54,552 nucleotides of DNA, filler included, from Bipalium vagum (GCA_037834085.1; 3 parts of 3 records of this genome joined end to end with filler, not necessarily neighbours in it), one strand, 5' to 3'; positions 1 to 13,030 are shown, counted from the whole stretch's first letter. Program-made: numbers and translations. The notes: generated by a model from the letters alone, not told the origin.

Positions 1-74
1 TTAAGTATTTTATTTTTTATTGGATTAATAAAATTTTTGAAACTATGAGTGACTTCATTGAAATAGCTGCTAAC

Positions 75-1842
75 AACGATGATTAGTCAAAAAGTTCCCA
101 GACAAATGAAAAAATTTTATTTTTATTAATGTTAAAAACATTTTTACGATATTAATAAAAACGAAAATTTTAAGTTTGTGTTGAAATTGTCTGGTAATTT
201 TCAGCAATTTCTGTTGTTTGAGGAGACTCGTTGGCCTTTCACCATGATCTCTTACGCTGAACATTTTTGTACAAAATCCATTTTTTTCATCACCCGTGAT
301 GAGATTCTTCAAAAATGGATTGATCTGATCACGCTCTAACAGCATATCGCAGATAGTGATTCTTTGCATTAAATGACTTTCCTTTATTTCATGTGGAATC
401 CAGATATCGAGCTTCTTTGCGTATCCAGCTTTCTAGATGTTGCTAACAGCAGTTTTGAATATTTTTAGTTGCATGTCGATAAATTTCAATGAAATCCTCA
501 TCTTAACTTTCTATTGACCTTCCATAACGGATAGCTTCATTAATCGTCAAACTTTCGGAAGGAAATTTGCTATACCAATTCTGGCACTTGTGTTTTGTTA
601 CTACAACAGTATCATATACTTCGAGTATTTTTCTATGCGAATGTGCTGCATTTTTACCTTTGTTAAAATAAAATAGAACAATATGCCGCCATAAAAATTT
701 AAACAAGCTAAATGAAATAATGAATTTAAACAATGTTAGAATTACTCAATATTATTAAAAATAATATGCAATTGAGATTCATTACATTCATAAATTCGTA
801 TAAAGTTACTAAACATACGTGTGACCAAAAACCGAAAGGCCTTTCGGGACAACGAAATATTTTATTAACTAGTTGCCAGGGCAAAAATTTTAAATGAAAA
901 ATTTCGAAATTAGGTGTAACATCAAATTTTTAACTATACTTGATTGGAAGCCCATGGTAATTATTAATGCGGTACAATGCTTTACGGGAGCTCGTCACCT
1001 TGTAGAGCAGTAGTTTAAAAATGGATAATAAGCTTTATTGAAGGAAAAAAACTCTTGGTGGGTTGCTCACAATTAGGAAAACCCATCATTGAAAGAAGTC
1101 CAGAAAAGGTAAAGTTTGTGCAAACTCTAGTTGAGAAAAACTGTCGTGTCACTATTGACCAAGTGGTAAAGAAGTTCAAATATCACGTGGTTCAGTATTT
1201 GCAATTCTTAAAAAACCTTGAATATGAATAAACTAACAATTCGGTTGGTTCCAAGAGCTTTTAGTGAAAAATAAACTAAATCAAAAGGTTAAGTGTTCTT
1301 TAGTAATGTTCAAAAAATTGAAACAAACGAGAATAATTTTTTGAGATAAGACTTGGATTTACCAGAATGATCCTGAGAACAAAATCCAATCACCACAGCA
1401 GAGTCCAAAGGGATCAAGTTTAAGAAAGAAAGATTTCGAAAAAAGGTTTTGGCTAAACATTTTCGGCTTGCACAGGAAATTATTCTAATTGATTTTTTAA
1501 AGAACAAAAAACTGTTACTATTAGGTGTTATCAAAGCATTTTAAAAAGTTAAAAATTGCAAAGAACTTCAAGAATGGCAGCACAACCAGATTTTTGCATT
1601 TTCTTCAGGACAATGCACCACAAACTCTGCATGAAGTACCAGAAATCTTTTGGGTACATTGCAATTGTGTATCCCTCTATAATCTGCTAATAGCCCAGAT
1701 TTCGTTCAATCGGGTTTGTTCATGTTCCCAAAATTTGAAAAACAGCTGAAAGACAATGATGGAGCTTAAGTAGAAAAATAATTTTTATTTTTATAAATAA
1801 ACCTTTTAAATTTGTCTGAGAACTTTTTCACTAATTCTGGTA
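75..1842 (+). mobile_element. Decayed mariner (DD34D) transposon with both TIRs; hosts a second nested mariner
   Basis: Inverted termini: 75-107 aacgatgattagtcaaaaagttcccagacaaat vs reverse complement of 1810-1842 taccagaattagtgaaaaagttctcagacaaat (27/33 identical). Frameshifted transposase remnants at ~894-1750: MKNFEIRCNIKFL, KLTIRLVPR (WVP motif), LHFLQDNAPQ (HDNA motif). Confidence 0.75.
190..859 (-). mobile_element. 3'-truncated mariner transposase remnant inserted antisense inside the 75-1842 element
   Basis: ORF 503-733 RHIVLFYFNKGKNAAHSHRKILEVY...CQNWYSKF...YGRS (mariner HTH); WIPHE motif near 390; ORF 70-369 PFLKNLITGDEK (first catalytic Asp). TIR-like end at ~820-859 contains a perfect palindrome ccgaaaggcctttcgg (832-847). 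Confidence 0.75.
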
Positions 1843-2022
1843 TTTAATTACACAAACTAATAATAAAAAAATAATTAGTATTAATAATAAAAATATCTAG
1901 TTGCGTGATAAAAATAGTAAATGAAAGATCTTATTGATTGATAGGAATAAATGTATATCAAAAATGTTCAAAAATGTATCAAAAAAGTCAATTGTTTATT
2001 TTTAAAATGAGAACGACAGAGT

Positions 2023-2890
2023 TACTAGGGTAATTGAAAATTTCCCAGACCGGCAGTAAAAAAACAAATTTATTGTTTAAGAAAAAATTTATTCATCAAA
2101 ATATTTTCCCAAAAGCTCAATGATTTTGTTCGAGTAGTTCTCCAACTTATTTATCTTATCTCGAAAATTATTTCCTGGAATCCATTTAAAATACTCACTT
2201 AAAACTGCTATATCTTTATCACCTGAAGAACACCGCTTGTCACGTAGAAACTTTTTTAGATTTGATAAATATTGGAAATCAAGCGGTGCCAGATTTGATG
2301 AATATGGCAGATGTTCCAGTAAGGTAATCCCTTCAATTTGACCATTGCAACAGCGCATTTGTGAGCTGGAGAATTATCTTGATAAAACATGATATTTTTC
2401 TTGGCAAAGCCAGATATTTTTTCACCAATTTTTGATTCAAACGGTGTGCATAAGATACATGTATTATTTTTTACAGATTTTAAGATAATCAATTACCAAA
2501 ATTCCTATAGAATTTCAAAAACCAAATACCATAACCATTTTCGAGGATTTCGTCCAGGTTGGATGTTTTGGAACTGAGCAGCCAAACTCAATCCCCTCTG
2601 TATTTTGATGTCTCACTAGAGGATTCATAATGGTAAATCTCAGTTTCATCAATTGTTACAAAGCGATCTTTGAAATCGTTTTTATTCCTTAGAAATAGAG
2701 TCAAATGTTGAATAAATAGATTAACTCGAAGTTCTTTATGATCAACATTTAACAAATGCGGCACCCAGCTTGCCATTAGCTTTCTGTAGTCTAATTCCTA
2801 CTTCAAAATGTAAAGCATTCGTCAATTTGAGATATGCGTATCCTCAAAGATTTAAATAAAAGTCAATCGATAATCATTTATTGCCATTAT
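2023..2890 (-). mobile_element. Decayed mariner transposon (catalytic region and one TIR)
   Basis: ORFs 2588-2776 (ASWVPHLL, FVTIDETEIYHY), 2256-2492 (FYQDNSPAH) and 2089-2358 (HLPYSSNLAPLDF = YSPDLAP motif) are collinear. TIR-like tactagggtaattgaaaatttcccagac at 2023. Confidence 0.85.
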
Positions 2891-2899
2891 GATTAGGAA

Positions 2900-3500
2900 C
2901 CCAAAATCCAGAGAGTAAAATTAGTAAAAAAATAATTTGCTTAGAAATCTGAAAATTCATACTTTAGTCACTGTTGAAAAATGCATGCATAGTGATTCTT
3001 TACCTACTTGGCAGGATAATTCATACTGGGTAGCAAGAGATGAATACTCACCAACAATTGCCAGAAAGAAATCAGACATGAAGTTTCATATAATTGTTCC
3101 AATTTTAGTAGTAATTTCAGCTTTCCTGTTTTATAGCGTAATTAATCTATTAATTCTCAACTTGGATTCACTTTAAACGATCTTGGATATCAAAAGACAT
3201 TTAGACTTCATATGCATGACAATGTTTATCCCTATGTGGCTGTCAAAACACAGGTCTTCTGTGGAAAACATGGAATTAAAATTCTAAGGTCTCACTTCCC
3301 ACTTTACTCTCCATATTTGAGTTTATTGGATGGTCTTGTGTTCAGATATATATGAAATTTGACAGGAGAAAATATATTCTCTCTCAAAATATCCAGCAGA
3401 TTTCATGAAAAAGAAAATTTAAAAATTGAAGCTATCTACAGAGTTCGAAAACATGAAAAATCACCTTCATGAGATAATTCAGAAACATAAATATTATATC
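2900..3500 (+). mobile_element. Mariner-like transposase remnant (family also present at ~43.6-44.4 kb)
   Basis: LVTVEK..., MHDNVYPY, FPLYSPYLSLLD motifs. aaacgatcttggatatcaaaag (3176) and atcagacatgaagtttcatata (3071) recur as reverse complements at ~43900 and ~44005. Boundaries approximate. Confidence 0.6.
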
Positions 3501-5653
3501 TAACTGCTTGCACATTCCATCTACAAACTATAAAAAGTGGATTTTTTATTTTATAAATTTTCATCAAATGAGGTAGTTGTAGTTTTAAATACCTATTTTT
3601 GTTTAATTTTAAGAATACTACACTTTAGCAGAAAACGATAAAAATGCTTCTATTATTCAATTATGATAGATTATTGGTTAAGATTGGTAAAGTCGAACTA
3701 AAATTCGCAACGGTTCAAATTTTATGCAATTATTATTTTACACTGCTATCAAATGGGACAATTACGTGGATATTGTCGAAAAATGTTTCTAGTTATATTT
3801 TAAATGTATAAGAAAGGAAGTACCCATAGTAAGCAAGTCTAATATCCAGAAGATAATAATAATAACAGCTGTTGCCAAGCCAAACTCAGAAAATAATTTC
3901 AATGATTTGTTCCACTTTTTTATAGTTTTCAAGTGGTATTAAGTTCTGCTTTTTTAAAACATCCTATTATTTATAGTTTTAAGACTGAATCAAAGGTGGC
4001 ACTCCACGCGTTTTTTAATTAGTCTACAATTTATGCTTTATTAAGAGAACTTGCATATTAAACGATTTGCTGAAAGGTCAGTCCATGTACGAAATTAATT
4101 TAAAGAATTTGGAGTACTATGTATTGTATAAGTTCTGATATTTAATTTTCTAATGTTTTGTGAAAATGATTGAAAATCAAAATATAGAAATGTTCTGAAG
4201 TCTTGAAATATTTTAACATTTTACAGTCGCTGCAAAGTTCAGAGCAGAATTGTTAGGGGGGGATCAACTGAAATTAGCAGATGGCGAGGATCCTTTTTAT
4301 CATAAATCTTAATTAATCTCTTGTGTTTTCTCTTTTTTATCTTTAAATAATTATAACCTTTGAGAAGATCGATTGATAAGTACAAATATTAGCACATTAG
4401 TTCTATTAAAATTTCTTACTTGAGAGACATTGAAAATCCTGTTGCATGTTGTCTAAAACGAAAATAATAAGAATAAATTACTTACGCTAAGACGATAAAT
4501 CTTGCACTCAGATTTCCCACGAAAATAAATTCTTCTAATCATTAATTCTTCCGACGATAAATTTTGAACCAAGTCTTCCAATAAACTCCTTAAAATCAAT
4601 TCTTCTAATAAATTTTCTTTTGTATAAAAACATTCTTTTCCTTCGGCAAATTTCTCAAATTAAATCCTCACCTTATATAGAAGTTCAGATTAGAAGGGTA
4701 CAATTATATCAATAATGAGAATTAGTACATACATTTTTCAATAAATTATTAATTATTATCTCGACGAGAAAAATTGTTATTTTTACAAGATTTTAAATTA
4801 TTATTATCAATAATTAATTATTATTCTTTTAATTAATTTATTGTTATAGACCCTTTTATTTTTTTACTATTATTATTATTACCAATAAAATTTTAAGTTA
4901 TTAAGGATTTTATTTTCAGATACGAATAAAGGAAGATGTGAAAATATTTATATTATATAAATGTATTAAATGCAATATTTTTGTCTAAGATGCTAAGTTA
5001 ATAAGGATGTACTTTATGGTAATATACAATGGAAACTGTGACATTTTTTCTGTTTAACTTAACCATGTATTTTCTGAACGAAATAAAATTCTAATTAATC
5101 CTTATATTTCGTACTAAAACAATCAATTGGACAAAAAAATTTCATCCATCGATTTCCAACTGTTTTTTTCAGTTGATCGCTACTTTACTTTGTCAAACTT
5201 CAGTAAAGGATCCATTAAAAACTCAGCGATTTTGAGCCAATGAATGAAATGAGTGACACTTGTATAAACGATTGAGCAAAGATTAAACAAAGGAAAAATT
5301 ATTAAAACTTAAATCGATCCATTGTTTAAGAATTATAATAAATTTATTAAGTGACAATTAAAATCGTTAAATTATAGAATCCATTAATCAGGAATTTACC
5401 GTTTACATTATTATTGGGTTACTTTTGGTTGAATCGATCTTAAAAGAGATGCGAAAGTTCATTCTCCAACATTTTCAGAGAAAATGCATTATTTTTCCTG
5501 TTAGAAAATCAAATTTGAAAATCTTTTAAAACTATTAATATAAACAACAAAATAGCGTTTAATTTGAGAAAGCTTCTTAATATCCCTACATACTGCTATA
5601 AACTTTAAATTGTCTTAATAAATAAAATAATAATGAAAATAATTTTAATTTAC

Positions 5654-6457
5654 TTGGCAAGCTCCTCATTTGGCTGTAAATTGTTGAGGCTACTTAGATT
5701 GTTCCCGTGACAAATTTTTAAGATTTCATTGCTTTTCACTTGACGGAATTCATCGACCTTTTCCAAATATTTTACATCTGTAAAAATGCCATCAGTATTT
5801 AAGATCAAAAAGTTGTGGTAAAAACTGTTAAATGTCGAATTCTTTGTATGATCTTGATTTGATGAAACATCCAATATGTGATCAGGAATTCTCATCTTTT
5901 TATGAACGGTCGTGGAAAACTGAAGCTCATAATTGTTATTTATTGGGAAAATTGTACTGAAACTCTGAAATAAATACAAGCATAATTTCCTAAACATAAA
6001 TTTGAAAACTAAACCATAACAAATTTAAACAAATGATGTTATAATTTCATATATGAACTATTTTCAATAAATTAATTTAAGCTTTCTCGCGTGAAATTAA
6101 CATGTTATTAAACTTTTAAATTCCTTTTTCAATAAATAGGAAAATGGAGTGTTAACTTTTTAAAAAAAACCCTCAAATTTATTTGTATCTAACTGTATTA
6201 TAATAATTAAATATGAATAGATATTATTTATACCTGCATTAAGGGATTCTTTGAATGTTTTGGAGTGATTTAAACGTAAAATGTTGATGTCCTTTATTAA
6301 AAAGATTGATATAACTTTTCCACATATAATTATTAATAATATGATCAAGTTTGAAATAATTAACAATTAAATCAATTAAGATATCTGCGTCGCTATCCTG
6401 AACTTCTGAAGAAAAACCTTTAGGTTCTTCACTCTGTTTAACGCCATCTACACCCAT
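5654..6457 (-). CDS. Partial multi-exon gene, possibly mitochondrial fission factor (Mff/Tango11)-like
   Basis: Open exon 5964-5654 bounded by tttcag acceptor and gtaaat donor. It contains YELQFSTTVHKKMRIPDHI, which aligns ungapped to the Mff N-terminal repeat YEMEYTEGISQRMRVPEKL. Candidate start exon MGVDGVKQSEEPKG at 6457. Full splicing path and C-terminal TM anchor not resolved. Confidence 0.4.
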
Positions 6458-7238
6458 ACAAATAACATACAACAATTTTTTATTATGAAAGAAAAATAAT
6501 AGATTCAACAATAAACTTTTATTGACAAAAAATAATTATTTGCACAAATGTCAAATGTTCCAACAAATATCGTTTCCCGTTAATCAACTGCAACTAATGT
6601 CAAAAATTATCCAAATTGATTCTAAAGTAAAACACTAATTTATTAGATCACCAAAAACTATACAAAAACTCAAAATGAATAGATAATATAAACAATAAAA
6701 ATCAATCGATAATTCAAAGTGTAAAAACACCAATTATAACAAAAATGAATTAATTAGTCAAAAAATAAATAAGAATCACCAAAAAGTTATGAGAATAAAA
6801 AACGTAAATTGATCATAAAATTAAAAATAAAGTGAAGAATGCTTACCAATTTTTCAGAATTCAAACAACGCTTGGGTGTTAATTTGACTAGTCTAAAGAC
6901 GGCCGAACTCAAATATTTTGGATAATATTTTCGAAGTTAGTTTTAGTTTATCTTGATTGTCCAAAATAACCAAATATATACATATTTGTTTTGATGCTCT
7001 TAGTGTATTAAAACAAATCATGGAAATTTCTGTCTGATTTTCATTACTTTTTTTATTCATCACAATTTCAATTCCGATTTTTTTAATGAACTCCATTAAT
7101 TTCTCTTTAATTTTTGATAATAATTTTTCCAAAAATCATTTCAAGGCATTTCATCCGTTTTCATAATTTCCATCCTCAAAGTTTTTGAATTATTTATTAT
7201 AAATATTTATAACTACGTGGAAATATATTTTTAAATAT

Positions 7239-7917
7239 TTAGTAAAAGTAAGAATTTATATAATGTAAGCCCAGCATTTTTTTAATTAATTTTGAATTAT
7301 TCTTTTAAAATATAATGTTAAAATGTAAAAAATAGTATTTAAATGACGACACAAGATTACCAGTTTTGACTTTTTAAGGTTAAGGTGGATAATGATCTTG
7401 TTTGGATATTTTAACACTACTGATATAAAACTTTATAAAACACAGAAATTTCAAATTATGATTACATAAATACCATTTAAGAACAAAATGTTTTGGTTTG
7501 TAAAGTTTATAACTCTGTTCTTCTCTTCATAATTGTTTAAATCACTTATTTCTCATTAATATAAAATACCTTTGGTGATTCTTTAAGATTTATATACTAT
7601 TATTTGGCAACTATAACAAATAATATTTTCCATCATATTAGACCATTAAGGTTTAACCGCTTATTAATTTTGTTAATTTAGTAATTTTAGTTTTTGTTAA
7701 TTTGATATTTTTTATATTCACTGCTTTGTGTGGGAATACCGTCTACATATGCAACAGGTCATATACTCTATGGAGATTTTACCTCAATTGTTTTAAAATA
7801 AAAGGGACGAAACTGCGTCACCACTGAATTCAACCGTACTCCTTGGTCAATCATGAATATGTCTGGAACCACTAATATAACATTATTTATAACTTTCATG
7901 TTGGTTCTCATCTTCAT
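7239..7917 (-). CDS. Putative small-exon orphan gene (unknown product)
   Basis: Frame-consistent GT-AG chain: 7917-7783, 7742-7722, 7596-7570, 7519-7474, 7419-7361, 7301-7239, with introns of 40, 125, 50, 54 and 59 nt. No recognisable domain; acceptors were chosen to keep frame. Confidence 0.25.
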
Positions 7918-10700
7918 ATCAAAATTATTGCTGTTAATAAAGAAATTTATAACTTTCTACTTTTTTATGAACTTATATTTATTCTAGATGAGTATTTTTA
8001 ATTTAACATTAAATAAACTACTTTTCTTTTTAAAATATTTTGAAAAATTGTGTTTAATTTTTGTTAAGAGTTTTTTGTTTAAGAGACAAACAAAACAAAC
8101 AAAAAGAAAGTAATATTTTATCATTTGTATAATAATTTATTTCTTTCTTTGTGCCTCCTACAAGACTTTAATACAAATAAATATAACACGAGCCATTTGA
8201 TAATTAAGAATACATTACTCCTGAAATATTAAGCATTATTTTTTTTAATTATTATTATTGAATCTATTATTATTAATAAAATTATTATTAATTCTAAAAG
8301 ATGTCATTTTTTAATTAAATTTTTTCAGGAAGAAATTTCTACAAAATTTCTCTAACAATACCATGTTGACTTTTTATTTCCGATGGGAAAAACCAGAAAC
8401 TCAGTCGTTTTTAATCAAATCATTCTCATATTGAATTAAGCAGACTGTTTTCAAAAATAGCAGCAAACATGATTTTATTGAAAAATATTTATCCTTTCCA
8501 TTTTCTCCTATTCTAACATCCTTTATTCATAGTTTCAATAATTGAAAATGAAATTGTTGAAAACAATTGATGATTTTCAGTGCTAAAATCGTTGTTTAAA
8601 AATATTATATTGCTGGCTATTGAATGTCTATTAACTGACCTTAGTTTTACTTATTTGACTCATATGGCTTAATAAAATAATAATAATAATAAGTTCCTAA
8701 AAGTGACTAGTTTTAAGTCAAAAATATCGATATTGCGCTTTTAGGTTACTCAACAAAATGAATATAACTATCAGAAGGATTTATGGAGTGTAGTTCGGAA
8801 CTATAAAAAAATAAAACCAAATGAAAACAAATCGATTAATGTCAAATATTTTTATTTGTAAAAATGAGTTTTAACATTCAAATTTTAAATGATAATTCAT
8901 AAATTACAAACAAAAAGAGAAATAGGGAAAATAAGAAAACAAAAGCAAAGGTAATCCTATTTATTATTAGTATTATTGCAGCAGAAATTGTTGGAACTGA
9001 AAGAGCAGCTTTGGCAAAAGTTTCAATTATGTATAGTTAACTATTGATATAAAAATAAAATGTACCTTAAAATATTTAAATATACATTAAACTTTAAAAA
9101 TAAAATTAAAATTATTTTAAAATTTTAATTAATTAATTTTAATAATAACCTTTCAGAATTAATCTAAAAAATAAAATTTTCTCAAAATAGATATAGAAAT
9201 TGGAAAAGGTAATCTAACTATTTAACTTATATTTTTCTTAAAATTATTGTTACTAGAATTTTTTATTTTCATCTCTTAATATATGCATATATATAAGGTT
9301 TTCGTGAGACTCAAGTCGCATTTTACTAGATAACTCTTTGTCTATCAAATGCTAGACTTTAGCTTGTAACCAAACAATAGCGATTTATTTATTATTAACA
9401 TTTGCTTTACTTATGTCTCATTTATACTAATCGATTGAGGGATAGTCTTTAATAGTCGATTGTAATATGAAATTGAATATGACTATAAAAGATTCAAATA
9501 CGATTCACAAATAAGAATCAACACAAAATTCATTGAGATTCAAATATATTTGTATTTCCACAAAATGCAAACTTAAAAAGTTTAGTTAACCAAAAAGAAA
9601 AATCTCTCACTTCGAAGGTAAGTTAAGAGTATCTCTAATAAAAACACATTTCATCAACAAATTCGGTGCAACTACAAGCAAAACGCAAAAAACAAATAAG
9701 AAAATATTAACTACTTGAATCGAGTAGCTCTTATCGATTCTAACCTTATTCTTAAGCAACTATCACAGTAACACTCACACTAAGATTATCGGGAAATATG
9801 AGTTCATCGCTCCAAGCTTCACAAGGTTTAAGGTGATTCGCTTGAGTGCGAATTTTGTCATAGTTTACCGAATTAAATATTATTATTTTGACTCTTAAAA
9901 ATCTTTATTTATCTATCATTACTTGTAGCCTATTCTTCAATACTTTATGAGGTAAATCTGTCATTTATTTTTATTCATTTCTTCTAACACTTTATTTATT
10001 ATAGAACTTTTTAAGAATATATTATCTAAATTAATTATATATTTATTCATTTTAAATCATTCCGAAAGATTGCATAAAATAAGGAGAAATAATAGATCAC
10101 TGAATAAAATAAGTCACTTATTAAATAAAGTCAAATTATTTTAAAACAAATTAAATAAAATAACCACAAATTAAAATTTTAAAAATCAAATAAAAATGTT
10201 CATCAGAGTATATAAAACTTCCATGAGCTTCTTTATGTTCTTTGTCGAGCGGAATGTTGTCTCAATCTTCAATTGTAATATAAAATTAGCTTAATAAATA
10301 ATTAACTAATTAACTAAGTAATTAATAATAAAAATAAGTTAATCTATTAAAAAATTTCAACAATAATTTAAAATCAGTAAAAGAAATTAAACTTTAAATT
10401 TTTCTAAAAATATTAAATTTATGAAAAATAATATCAATGAATCATATCAGTTCTTTGATTTTAATATTAATGACTATTGAATAATAAAATATTTACAATG
10501 TAATATTAAGTATATTTCAAGATTTGAAAATTTAATATAACAAACTTTACTGAACGTATATTGATTGCACATCTTTTTAATCAAAACTCAAAATGTTATA
10601 TTTATAATTCTCTTTGTTTAAATACTTTAGTTATTTAAATAACTTCTATATAAACATTACAGGTTATTTTAAATAAATTAATTATATCTTAATTAGCAAT

Positions 10701-13030
10701 ATGGCAAATGCTGCTCAAGCTACTCTTCCAATTAACAAAGTGATAATGGTTGGATCAGGTGGAGTTGGGAAAAGTGCATTAACTTTACAGTTTATGTATG
10801 AGGAAGTAAGTTTTAATTATTTAACAATTGAAATAATTGATATAATATTTCAGTTTGTTGAAGATTATGAGCCAACTAAAGCAGATTCTTATCGTAAAAA
10901 AATTATGTTTGACGGTGAGGAAGTTCAAATAGATATTCTCGACACTGCAGGTAATTGACAATATTTAGTTACTTGTTTTATTTTGCTTTAGGTCAAGAAG
11001 ATTACGTTGGAATCCGTGATCACTATTTCCGAACAGGAGAAGGTTTTATGTGCGTGTTTTCTATCACTGATCATGCGTCTTTGGAAGCTGCATCGGAATT
11101 TAGGTACTGTGACTTTCGTTGAATCTTATAATTCATTGATAAATTAACAAATGATGAATATTTTTAGTAATTTTAAATCGTTGATTTTCAATTTTTAGTA
11201 TACATTATTGTTATTGAGCACAGTTAGCACATCAAACTATGCTTGTTAATATATTTCTTGTTAACAAATGTCTACGATATGAACGTAATCAACATAAACC
11301 GAAATCAATCGATATTTTATCTTAGATGTGTCTAATTTTTTGGTCGATAAAAAAACAGGAAAATGTTACGTCATTGATATTATTATTGATCTGTTTTGAT
11401 CGGTCAATCCACATTTATCTTCAATCAAGTCTATGTCAACACTAATAAACTTATATTATCAAAGATCAACATTGATCTTTGTAAGGCTACTGTTGTGGTA
11501 TTATTTCAGACATAAATTGAAAAATCACAATCAATTCTGATTGGTTTTTAATAAAGCTCAGTTGAAAAAATTCTATTGATTGTGCTATTAAGCTCAAAAC
11601 ATTGTCTGTTTTAGTGAGGTAACAAAACTTTAAAATGTTTGTGGAATGGAAAAAGATTAATGAGTTAACGCTTATATGAAGTATAAGAGCACCAGAGTTT
11701 CAATTCCCAGTTGAAATTTTTTTAAAAAATCGATTCGTTTCAAATTTCCAGTTTGTCAGTCGAGTTTGTGTCAATATTAAAAAAAATACCGGAAGAGTGT
11801 CGGATTAGTAATCTATAATTTTTGTAAATTCTGTTATAGAATTAGTCAGTTCGGTTTTTTGGTTCCACAAGTAAAGAAATATTAATTATGTCTAAATGAG
11901 AATTTGTATTTCAAATGAATTGGCATATCTGACTAACTGTTTTTAGGAAAAATCGATGTTTAAATATTTCATTGATTTATTTTATAAATTATCGACCATA
12001 ATTAAATATTATTATATAAAATCAATGAAATCTATTCTTATTGAAATTAATAAGTATTTTAAAAAGCGATTTCCATTTGACTTTTTATAATATTGATGTT
12101 TTGATGTCTACATTCACTGATTGACCTGATCTTTGTTTCGTTTGAATATCCTTAGATAACCAATCAGTTTTTGTATAGATTTCAGATAAATTAATTTTCT
12201 GTGGAATTGATAACAGTTTAAATTTGAATGACATTTTTGGGGTTTCAGTTTACACTTTTAAGCTTCAATATTTTTATTTATTTCCGTTCCTATGTTTTAT
12301 CTTTAATTCTTCTTCATATTTCTGATAATAATTGATTATTTCTAATGTTTTTGATAAATATTTAAATTACGATAATTTTTATTGATTTTTTTGTTGTTAA
12401 TAATAATTTAGTTATTTATCTCATTATATTATTTCATTGTTTATCGACCGAATATTTTTCTATATTTGATAATTATTCTTTACTCCTTCCTGGTTTATTT
12501 TTATTCTTTTCCTTTGTTTATTTTAATTAGTTACAGTGTGATTACTAGTTAATTTTTTTCTGTGCACCTTGTTGCTGCGCACTGTATCACTTGTAAAATT
12601 TTCTCGTTTTTCCTTGTGTGTGAACACATCGTTCTCAATTCCGAACTGTCCTTTTGAATAATCGTCCTCTTATTTTTTTTACTGTTTTTAAAAACGGTAC
12701 AAATGGTTATTATCTTCAATAATAGTTATTCTTTTCAGAGATCAAATATTGCGTGTAAAATCCAACGAAAGTGTTCCGTTCATTTTAGTGGGTAACAAGA
12801 TAGATTTACAATCGCAAAGAGTTGTCACTGCCGAAGAAGCAGCGGGTTTGGCGGCCAAATGGAACGTGCAATATATCGAAACGTCAGCCAAAACCAAAGA
12901 GAATGTGGATAGAGTGTATTTTCAGTTGATGAGAGACATCCAGGCCCACAAAAAAGAAAAGGATCCTACTGTTAATGGAAAAGTCAAAAAGCCAGGAAAA
13001 AGAAAAAAGTTTAAATGCTCCATTTTGTAA
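10701..13030 (+). CDS. Ral: Ras-related GTPase Ral (201 aa, 4 coding exons)
   Basis: Exons 10701-10805, 10854-10950, 10992-11103, 12739-13030 (606 nt, all GT-AG). [13 protein letters not shown] (G1), Ral-specific effector loop [26 protein letters not shown], polybasic tail and CaaX CSIL. Confidence 0.97.

Noticed and set aside
4228-4312. Acceptor followed by AAKFRAELLGGDQLKLADGEDPFYHKS* on the plus strand
   Set aside because: Could be a terminal exon, but no upstream exon or recognisable domain was found in the window.
4440-4734. TG...CA segment with TATA-like motif and an internal imperfect duplication (solo LTR?), also readable as a 58-codon minus-strand exon
   Set aside because: No target-site duplication and no second copy; the two readings cannot be distinguished.
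8320-9070. Several 30-50-codon open stretches with splice-like ends on both strands
   Set aside because: Mutually incompatible strands, no consistent exon chain and no homology.
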